Part shown: positions 42,146 through 49,725 of the stretch, in pieces
Position numbering within the stretch: position 1 is the first letter of the stretch
Layout of the letters: every line of letters begins with the position of its first letter
Assembly (NCBI GenBank): GCA_020348925.1
Contig: CP070758.1
Location: 2,082,030-2,146,029, forward strand
Length of the DNA: 64,000 nucleotides
Source of the DNA: Gemmatimonadota bacterium
GTDB taxonomy: Bacteria > JBHIER01 > G020348925
Direction: 5' to 3'
The notes under the pieces: model-generated
What the model saw: the letters and a program-made list of their open reading frames with translations, nothing else
Databases searched by the model: none
What the model was told of the DNA's origin: nothing
Program-made: the position numbers and the translations under genes

Positions 42146-42193
42146 AAGGGTCGCTGGGTTTCTGCTGTTGAAACCCAGCGGCCCTTTTTTTTT
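42146..42193 (+). terminator. Rho-independent terminator
   Basis: AAGGGTCGCTGGGTTTC...GAAACCCAGCGGCCCTT followed by a T-run. Confidence 0.85.
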
Positions 42194-42344
42194 CGGCCCC
42201 ATATTTCCCGAAGTCTCGGGAATGCGGGAGAGAAGGACGGAGGAACGGCTTGACATCTCAACCACTCTGCATTACTTTTGATGTTGTGTTTGCAGAAAAT
42301 ATTGATTCATGAAATTATTACGTATGGATTGCGGGGACGGTCCA

Positions 42345-43298
42345 ATGCGAGAGACGGATGCGCACCCAACTGAGATGGAATTTCGGATCGATGCAGATTT
42401 TGAGCCGGCCTACCTCCGACTCCATCGTGAGGGACAGTTGGCGCAGCGGGTCCACATGGCTCTGGGAATGTTCGAGGCGTGTCGGATGTGCCCACGAGAG
42501 TGTGGTGTGAATCGCTTCCAAGGGGAGATCGGTGTTTGCAGCGCACCCCCGAGGCCAAAAATCTCGAGCGTCGGGCCGCATTACGGCGAGGAACCTCCGT
42601 TGGTCGGTTTTGGGGGATCGGGGACCATCTTCTTCAGCCATTGCAATCTGAAATGCGTCTTTTGTCAAAATTCGGACATCAGCCAACTCGGCCACGGCTA
42701 TGAAATTTCTACGCAAGAATTGGCCGGAAAAATGCTCCAGCTTCAGAGTATCGGCTGCCACAATATCAATTTCGTCACTCCCACGCCGTACGTCCCTCAC
42801 ACCTTAGAGGCGCTGGAATTGGCCGTGGGACAAGGTTTGAAACTCCCTCTGGTGTATAACTGCGGCGGGTACGAATCGATGGAGATGATCCGACTTCTCG
42901 ATGGAATTGTGGACATCTATATGCCTGATTTTAAATACGGCGATGATGAGAACGCCAAAAAATACTCGAAAGCCGAACACTATTTCTCAAGATGCTCAGA
43001 GGCTCTTGAGGAGATGCACCGACAGGTCGGAGTGTTGAAGATGGACGATCGAGGCATCGCCCAACGCGGTGTGTTAATTCGACACTTGGTCATGCCTCAC
43101 GGATTAGCAGGTTCTCGAAAGGTTCTCGAATTTATCGCCAAGTGTCTTTCGAAGGACTCCTATGTGAACATTATGGCCCAATATTACCCTTCACATCGGG
43201 CCGATGAGTTTTCACCCCTGACCCGGCGGATCACCCCGTATGAGTACGATGAAGCTGTCACACTAGCGAGAGATTGTGGTCTGCATCGAGGATTGTAA
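42345..43298 (+). CDS. Radical SAM protein, PflX-like (PFL-activating-enzyme related); start uncertain (42309/42345/42375)
   Basis: N-terminal CRMCPREC; GSGTIFFSHCNLKCVFCQN (CxxxCxxC); HNINFVTPT; DIYMPDFKYG; RHLVMP. Confidence 0.88.
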   Translation: MRETDAHPTEMEFRIDADFEPAYLRLHREGQLAQRVHMALGMFEACRMCPRECGVNRFQGEIGVCSAPPRPKISSVGPHYGEEPPLVGFGGSGTIFFSHCNLKCVFCQNSDISQLGHGYEISTQELAGKMLQLQSIGCHNINFVTPTPYVPHTLEALELAVGQGLKLPLVYNCGGYESMEMIRLLDGIVDIYMPDFKYGDDENAKKYSKAEHYFSRCSEALEEMHRQVGVLKMDDRGIAQRGVLIRHLVMPHGLAGSRKVLEFIAKCLSKDSYVNIMAQYYPSHRADEFSPLTRRITPYEYDEAVTLARDCGLHRGL

Positions 43299-43380
43299 CC
43301 GAATGGATTTCCCCGACCACGTATTTCTATTGTAAAGAATAAACCGCTGAAGCGGTAACTCCGAATATAATGGATCGAAT

Positions 43381-44178
43381 ATGGCTCATAACGCAATCAT
43401 CACCCTGACCACGGACTTCGGCACTCAGGATGGATATGTCGGTGCAATGAAAGGTGTGATTTTGTCAATGAACTCGAAAGCCGTCATCGTCGATATCACC
43501 CACGAGATTGATGCGCACGATGTTCTCAGTGGTGCGTTCACTCTAAAAAATTCATGCCAGTCATTTCCGGAGAGCACAATTCACCTCGCCGTCGTCGATC
43601 CCGGTGTGGGGAGTACACGTAAGTCGATACTCCTTCAGACAGAGAAATATTTTTTCCTCGGACCGGACAATGGTGTGTTCAGCTTTGTCACAAGAGAGGG
43701 AGAACAGGTGGGTGTTTTTGAGCTCACGGAATCCAAATATTTTCTGACACCTCTCAGCGACACCTTCCACGGTCGTGATATTTTTGCGCCAGTAGCTGGG
43801 TACCTCTCTTTAGGAATCGATCCGAGTGAATTCGGGCCGGAGTTGCACGACTACGTGAGGATTTCCCTTCCAAGTCCAATCGTATCAGAGAGTGGAATTG
43901 AGGGACACATCATTCATATCGATCGCTTTGGAAACCTTGTCACAAATATCGACACCGAAAGCGTCGATGCTTTCAGAACAAGAGGGGACATTCGAATCGA
44001 TGTGGGATCAATTGCATTGAAGAACATCGCTCGTTCGTATTCCGAGGTCGAGGCAGGTTCACCTTTAGCCATTGTGGGGAGTACGGGATTTCTCGAGATC
44101 GCCGTGAACAAAGGAAGTGCCCGGCAAAAACTGGTTTTGAAGCGGGGCGATCCGGTCCGAGTGGAAATGATTTCATGA
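43381..44178 (+). CDS. SAM hydroxide adenosyltransferase (DUF62; SAM-dependent chlorinase/fluorinase superfamily)
   Basis: ITLTTDFG, VVDPGVGSTR, GPDNG, TFHGRDIFAP, IDRFGNLVTN, LEIAVNKG. Confidence 0.93.
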   Translation: MAHNAIITLTTDFGTQDGYVGAMKGVILSMNSKAVIVDITHEIDAHDVLSGAFTLKNSCQSFPESTIHLAVVDPGVGSTRKSILLQTEKYFFLGPDNGVFSFVTREGEQVGVFELTESKYFLTPLSDTFHGRDIFAPVAGYLSLGIDPSEFGPELHDYVRISLPSPIVSESGIEGHIIHIDRFGNLVTNIDTESVDAFRTRGDIRIDVGSIALKNIARSYSEVEAGSPLAIVGSTGFLEIAVNKGSARQKLVLKRGDPVRVEMIS

Positions 44179-45782
44179 GCGTCGATACATTTGTCACAAA
44201 TAAACTGTTCAGGGATTACCTGTTCAATGTTCAGGCACTGAAGGATTTTTTCGCCTGGAATCCATATCACCCTGAAGAGTGTCGAAAAGCCCTGGAGGTT
44301 GTGAAGGGATACTCGTACCCTCGAAAAAAGCTTGTCGAGATTTTGCGAAGACAGAATAAAACGTTCGGATGCGGTGAAAAAACACTGGCCAATATCGATC
44401 TGTTGAGCGCTGATGCTACCTTGGCCGTAATCACTGGACAGCAAGCAGGCCTCTTCACCGGCCCTCTGCTTACAATTTATAAGACTTTAACAACCATTAA
44501 GTTGGCGGAACAACTTCAACAAAATTACGAGGATAAGTTTGTGCCTGTGTTTTGGGTCGTCTCCGACGATCACGATTTCGAGGAGGTGAACCATATCTTT
44601 TGCGTTAGCAGCGACAATGATGTGATACGAGTTGAGTATACTCCTCGAGGGGATTTTGACCGATGCCCGGTTAAATCTATTCCCATCGATGAACATTTCG
44701 AATCTGTTCTTCAAAAATTAGAAGGACATTTGCCTGAAACTGACTTCAAGGCATCTATTGTGGAAATGGTCAAAATGGCCTATACGGATTCGCGAAGTTT
44801 TGCGGATGGATTTTCCCGTCTGCTGACGCGCTTATTTCAGGATTACGGACTTGTGCTCGTCGATCCACTGGATCAGGAGTTGATGGAGTTAACCGCCACA
44901 ATTTTTAAGGGTGAGATTGAGAACCCTACAGGTTCGAGTAATCGTGCTCTACAGGTCAGTGAACAATTAAAAGAGCGAGGATATCCTCAGCAGATCAACC
45001 TTCGCGCCGGTCATCTCAACCTTTTTATAGAAATCGAAGGGCGTCGGTGTTCTGTTTCCATGGGCAGTAATGATTTTCAAGCAGAGGGCAGAAGTTTTAC
45101 AGCAAAGGATTTCCTCGATATACTGCAATCTTCACCTGAAAAAATCAGCCCGAACGTCGTCTTGCGACCGGTGGTCAGGAGCTCCATTCTTCCCACGGCA
45201 GCCTATATCGGCGGGCCTGCGGAGATCTCCTATTATGCTCAACTGAAGGGGGTTTTTGAATTCTTCGGCGTACCCATGCCGATAGTCTACCCGAGGGTAC
45301 GTGTGACCTTAATAGAATCGAAAGTACGTAGAATTTTAGAGAAGCATAGTGTAACACCGGAGGAAGTGTTTCAGGATGCACATGGAGTTATAAGGAATAT
45401 TATTGAAAAGTCACTTCCTGATACATTTCAAATCGTATTTCATGAGTCGAAAAGTGGGATTGACGAACTGTTCGGCAAGATCCGTGAATCGGTATTGCCC
45501 ATAGACAATTCCTTGGACGGTCTCATCACCCGTTCGAGGAATCGACTCGCCCATGATGTGGATAAAATAGAAAAGAAGGCGATTCAAGCGAAGAAGAAGT
45601 CCGAGGAGACTGTTGTGCAGCAGATTCACAAAGTGAGGGCTCATTTGTTTCCTCAAGGCATGCAACAGGAACGGATCTTGAATATTTTGCCCTTTCTCAT
45701 ATTATACGGGCCTCATTTTATTGAACGATTATACGAGGCCATCGACGTAAATAATAAACACCATCAGATAATTGATGTGTGA
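44175..45782 (+). CDS. bshC: Bacillithiol biosynthesis cysteine-adding enzyme
   Basis: VITGQQAGLFTGPL, FWVVSDDHDFEEV, SPNVVLRP, YIGGPAEISYYAQ, QERILN; ATGA overlap with the upstream gene. Confidence 0.93.
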   Translation: MSVDTFVTNKLFRDYLFNVQALKDFFAWNPYHPEECRKALEVVKGYSYPRKKLVEILRRQNKTFGCGEKTLANIDLLSADATLAVITGQQAGLFTGPLLTIYKTLTTIKLAEQLQQNYEDKFVPVFWVVSDDHDFEEVNHIFCVSSDNDVIRVEYTPRGDFDRCPVKSIPIDEHFESVLQKLEGHLPETDFKASIVEMVKMAYTDSRSFADGFSRLLTRLFQDYGLVLVDPLDQELMELTATIFKGEIENPTGSSNRALQVSEQLKERGYPQQINLRAGHLNLFIEIEGRRCSVSMGSNDFQAEGRSFTAKDFLDILQSSPEKISPNVVLRPVVRSSILPTAAYIGGPAEISYYAQLKGVFEFFGVPMPIVYPRVRVTLIESKVRRILEKHSVTPEEVFQDAHGVIRNIIEKSLPDTFQIVFHESKSGIDELFGKIRESVLPIDNSLDGLITRSRNRLAHDVDKIEKKAIQAKKKSEETVVQQIHKVRAHLFPQGMQQERILNILPFLILYGPHFIERLYEAIDVNNKHHQIIDV

Positions 45783-45876
45783 GTGTGAAGGAGAATCGAA
45801 TTGAATCGTTGCGTGGGTTGGAGTTCTATGACTCAGGTGGGAGGTGAGCTTCCACCCGAATGTGGGCGTTCTATGT

Positions 45877-45910
45877 AAACCTTTCGAAGGGTTCGAACCT
45901 TTGCGGGTTT
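45877..45910. repeat. Short REP-like palindrome
   Basis: AAACCTTTCGAAGGGTTCGAACCTTTGCGGGTTT. Confidence 0.45.
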
Positions 45911-45949
45911 GTGTTCAATGGTTTTATAAAAAATTAGAGGAGGCACATT

Positions 45950-46681
45950 TTGGATTATGATATTGTCGCTTTTGCCGCTCATCAGGACGATCTCGAGCTG
46001 GCCTGCGGCGGGACGCTGATCAAGATGGTTAATAAAGGATACAAAGTCGGTATTGTGGACTTAACCCGAGGTGAGATGGGGACGAGGGGGACGGCGGAGC
46101 AACGAGTTGCTGAGGCTCAGGAGGCGGCCAAGATCATGGGTATTCGACATCGTGAGAATCTTGGTCTTCCCGATGCTTGTATTGAGATCACGAGAGACAA
46201 TAAGTTGAAAATTATTGAAGCGGTGCGGCGGTTGCGACCGCGCATAGTTCTGTTGCCCTATTGGGAGGATCGGCACCCGGATCATGCCAAAACGGGAAAA
46301 TTGGTGTATGAAGGGGCGTTCTTGGCAGGTTTGGCGAAGTTGGACACAGGTCAGGAGCGATACCGGCCCAATCGGTATATCTATTACATGTGTCATTACT
46401 CTTTCACGCCGTCCTTTGTCGTTGACATCACCGACCAGATCGAAAAGAAGTGGAAAGCCATTCAGGCCTACAAGACGCAATTCTATAATCCGGACGGATT
46501 CCGGTCAGCCGTCGAGCCAGAGACCATCCTGAGCTCAGAAGATTTCATAGAGCGAGTGATGACCCGATACAGATATTACGGATCCCTCATCGGCGCCGCA
46601 TACGGCGAACCCTTTCTCATCAGGGAAACAGTTGAAGTCGATGATCTTGTCACATCGTTCCAAAGGACGGTTGAATTTTAA
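45950..46681 (+). CDS. bshB1: N-acetylglucosaminyl-malate deacetylase (PIG-L family)
   Basis: AHQDDLELACGG, DLTRGEMGTRG, DRHPDH, AYKTQF, YGEPF; TTG start after GAGGAGG; bsh context. Confidence 0.9.
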   Translation: MDYDIVAFAAHQDDLELACGGTLIKMVNKGYKVGIVDLTRGEMGTRGTAEQRVAEAQEAAKIMGIRHRENLGLPDACIEITRDNKLKIIEAVRRLRPRIVLLPYWEDRHPDHAKTGKLVYEGAFLAGLAKLDTGQERYRPNRYIYYMCHYSFTPSFVVDITDQIEKKWKAIQAYKTQFYNPDGFRSAVEPETILSSEDFIERVMTRYRYYGSLIGAAYGEPFLIRETVEVDDLVTSFQRTVEF

Positions 46682-46755
46682 CCTGAATAACTTGTCCTCG
46701 ATATCATTGGTCTAATTGCTTCTTGGAAAGTGTTACTTTTAAGCAAAAGGTCATT

Positions 46756-47763
46756 ATGGATAAATATACATATGTTCACAGATATTGTAATGTGAAATGG
46801 TTAGAAAAAATACAGATTACATCTGGGGCGCTTGAAGTATTAAACAATACCCTTAAAGATTTAGAGAATCAGGCAGGATTTCAAAATTACTTGAAAGAGT
46901 TACATAAGACTACTAACATTGAACATTTCAGAGATATTCTTTCGGAAGGAAGGGCAGCAAGTCTTTTTCGGGATAAAAATTATAATGTGACTCTATATCC
47001 TTTTTATAAACCTCAAGCTTCGGGAATTGATTTTAAGGTAGAATTAGAGAATCATCCGCTATTTGTCGAGGTTAAGCGGATTAGGGATCCTCATTTTGGG
47101 AAAAGACATCATGAAATCAAGACGCAAATTGTGAAACAAATAAATCAAATCCCTTCTTGTTGTGGTTTTGATTTGTGTTTCGAGGAAAGACTTACCGATT
47201 ATAATTGTATTTCACTAATTGTTGAACATATTAAGGGTACAATGAGATTTTTAGAGCGCAGTAATAACTCACAAGATAACGGAATTAACAGATTTTCTAT
47301 AAAATTAGGAGAAACTATTTTATGCGAATTGATATTATCGAAAGTCTCAAATGAGCCAATGAGTGAAAGTCCATTTTTTTACCGTGGAGATTTATACAAT
47401 CGTTGTTCACTGCATGGTAAAGAAAAGCAGCATCGAAAATTTTATGACATCATAATTGAATCTTACCGACAACTTGTTGATGGAGAATTGAACATGTTCT
47501 TATTTTATGTCACTGGTGAAGGATATGTTCCTTATCACCTCGAGAGAGCTGTGTTTGGGACTGATGGTGTGTTCCGAAGCAGAGATTGTCCAGGATTTCC
47601 ATTCCCAACCTCAGGATTCTCAAAACTCTCAGGTGTTGTTTTTTATAACGATTGGATTACTTTAAATGGATTGCCAGAAAGAAGTGAAAAACGTGTTTTT
47701 GTTAATCCTAATGCTGATTGTAAAGTAGATGCACAATTAAAATCTCTTCTGGAGCAACTATGA
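46756..47763 (+). CDS. AT-rich hypothetical protein with a PD-(D/E)xK-like nuclease motif
   Basis: Long ORF visibly more AT-rich than its neighbours; LSEGRAA...GIDFKV...FVEVKR motif. Confidence 0.6.
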   Translation: MDKYTYVHRYCNVKWLEKIQITSGALEVLNNTLKDLENQAGFQNYLKELHKTTNIEHFRDILSEGRAASLFRDKNYNVTLYPFYKPQASGIDFKVELENHPLFVEVKRIRDPHFGKRHHEIKTQIVKQINQIPSCCGFDLCFEERLTDYNCISLIVEHIKGTMRFLERSNNSQDNGINRFSIKLGETILCELILSKVSNEPMSESPFFYRGDLYNRCSLHGKEKQHRKFYDIIIESYRQLVDGELNMFLFYVTGEGYVPYHLERAVFGTDGVFRSRDCPGFPFPTSGFSKLSGVVFYNDWITLNGLPERSEKRVFVNPNADCKVDAQLKSLLEQL

Positions 47764-48023
47764 GACTGAAACGCATAATGGTGCTTTCACTTTAAAATAT
47801 AACAGCAGACTCGTTTCTATCATGACGTTATTACGACCATTAGATTATGCTATGGTGATGTTCGTCACTTTTAAAGTCACTCGATACATATCCATGTTTG
47901 AAGCATTCTTTGGTACCTTTTCCCTTGCCGTCTTCTTTTCACCTTCGGAAGGAAAATGATGAGATAGAGAAATAAACAGGAAATGCTAAATGAAACTTTG
48001 GAGATTATAGGGAAGAATAAGAA

Positions 48024-48068
48024 GAAGAATCAGATTCTTCGATTTCGCTTCGCTCCACTCAGAATGAC
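48024..48068. repeat. Half-copy of the 38130-38217 REP-like element
   Basis: AGATTCTTCG...CTCAGAATGAC matches the right arm at 38182-38216. Confidence 0.65.
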
Positions 48069-48106
48069 GTTACGAATAGAGAATTTGAAAATGGAGTTTT
48101 AAGGTT

Positions 48107-49561
48107 ATGTTCCCTGATATAGTAAAAAGACAATGTACGTATGAAGGGTGTGGGGAAGAGGCATTGAAGACCTCGAAGGAACGATTGTGTATCCTTCACG
48201 ATAAGAGTGAGAGCAAAGATCGCGACGAATTTCAGAGGGCATTGCATAAGAAACTGAGCAATCAGGATTATGATTTTCGAGGATACTGTTTTGCCGGGAA
48301 ATGCAGCTTTCACGGATTTACCTTTCCGAAAGATGCCGATTTCAGGGAAGCTCAGTTCAGAGGGGATGCCGATTTTGAGGAGGCCCGGTTCTCAGGAAAA
48401 GCGACCTTCAAGGGCGCGACGTTCTCGGGACGCGCTCTCTTCTTGGGGGCGAAATTTTCGAAAGAGGGAAAAGCCGAATTTCGGAACACACAATTCTTGG
48501 GGGATGCGCTCTTTTCTGGTGCTGAGTTCTCCGGGGATACCCTTTTCTGGCAAACTCGGTTCTCGGCCGACGCCGTTTTTTGGCACGCCAAATTCTCCGG
48601 CCAGACACTCTTTCTGGATGCGATATTCGCCGAAGAACAACGGGCTGATTTTCGGGACGCCAAGTTTTCAGAAAAGGTCGACTTCTCCGGGGCGGATTTC
48701 TCAGGAGACGCTCTCTTCTGGCGGGCCAAATTTTCAGGCGAAGCACTATTTCATGGTACCAGATTCTCAGAAGAAGGGAAAGCCGATTTCCAGGAGGCCA
48801 GGTTTTCAAAGAACGCTCTTTTTCAGGGTGCGAAATTTTCGGGGGATGCCCTCTTCGGGGGTGCCGCATTTTCAGGGGTGCCAGATTTCGAGTCGAGCCG
48901 GTTCTTTGGGGAGATCAATTTCGGGACGACAGATGTGGGAACATTGCATCTCGCGGAATCGAACATCGATACCGTCGACTTGACAAATGCCAAGTGGTCG
49001 CGTGATTTCAAGAATGTGTATGAAAAAAGAGCGAAAGATGTTGAGACTTTCAGAAAAGCCGAGGAGATCTATCGAAAGGTGAAGATGAGCTATCACAGAA
49101 CAGGGGATTACAACCTCGGGGCTATGTTCTATTATAGAGAAATGGAGTGCAGAAGAAAACAAATCCGGTTCAGGAGTCTTAACATAATCAGCAAAGTGTT
49201 CAAAAGTCTTGGTTACGATTTCATACGATTGTACTGCGGTTACGGGGAGAAGCCACTGCGAGTGATCGGATTCTCCTTGGCCGCCATCGTCGTATGTGCT
49301 GTGCTCTTCATGAAATCCGGGATCTATGACGAGCAGGGATTACGATTGATTCAATATGATATCTCCCAGACATGGCTTGAAATTCTTCGTGATTTCTGGA
49401 CCTGTTTCTATTATAGTGTCATCACCTTTACGACCGTAGGGTACGGTGATATCAGCCCGGCCACTGGCCTGGCCAGGACTATAGCCATGGCTGAAGGCTT
49501 TTTCGGGGCCTTTTCGATCGCCTTGTTCGTCCTGACCTTCGGACGCAGGATGATGAGATAG
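48107..49561 (+). CDS. Pentapeptide-repeat protein with a C-terminal 2-TM potassium-channel (Ion_trans_2) domain
   Basis: N-terminal C..C..CILH; ~11-residue AxFxxAxFSG repeats; GYGEKP; YYSVITFTTVGYGD. Confidence 0.88.
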   Translation: MFPDIVKRQCTYEGCGEEALKTSKERLCILHDKSESKDRDEFQRALHKKLSNQDYDFRGYCFAGKCSFHGFTFPKDADFREAQFRGDADFEEARFSGKATFKGATFSGRALFLGAKFSKEGKAEFRNTQFLGDALFSGAEFSGDTLFWQTRFSADAVFWHAKFSGQTLFLDAIFAEEQRADFRDAKFSEKVDFSGADFSGDALFWRAKFSGEALFHGTRFSEEGKADFQEARFSKNALFQGAKFSGDALFGGAAFSGVPDFESSRFFGEINFGTTDVGTLHLAESNIDTVDLTNAKWSRDFKNVYEKRAKDVETFRKAEEIYRKVKMSYHRTGDYNLGAMFYYREMECRRKQIRFRSLNIISKVFKSLGYDFIRLYCGYGEKPLRVIGFSLAAIVVCAVLFMKSGIYDEQGLRLIQYDISQTWLEILRDFWTCFYYSVITFTTVGYGDISPATGLARTIAMAEGFFGAFSIALFVLTFGRRMMR

Positions 49562-49725
49562 CGGACTGGTTCGAGAGCCACAAAATCGCACGAAATGACA
49601 CACCATAACTAAACGCCACACGATACGAATTTCTTCATCCTGCCAATTGAACGCAACCATTTTTTTCAATCGATTTCCAGTTGAAACAAATAACTCCGCC
49701 CTCGTTCATGGTCGGGTGCTCCGGG

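Noticed and set aside
43381-44178. Fluorinase/chlorinase (halogenase)
   Set aside because: It retains the DUF62 Asp-Arg-His set (VVDPG, STR, TFHGRD) typical of hydroxide adenosyltransferases.
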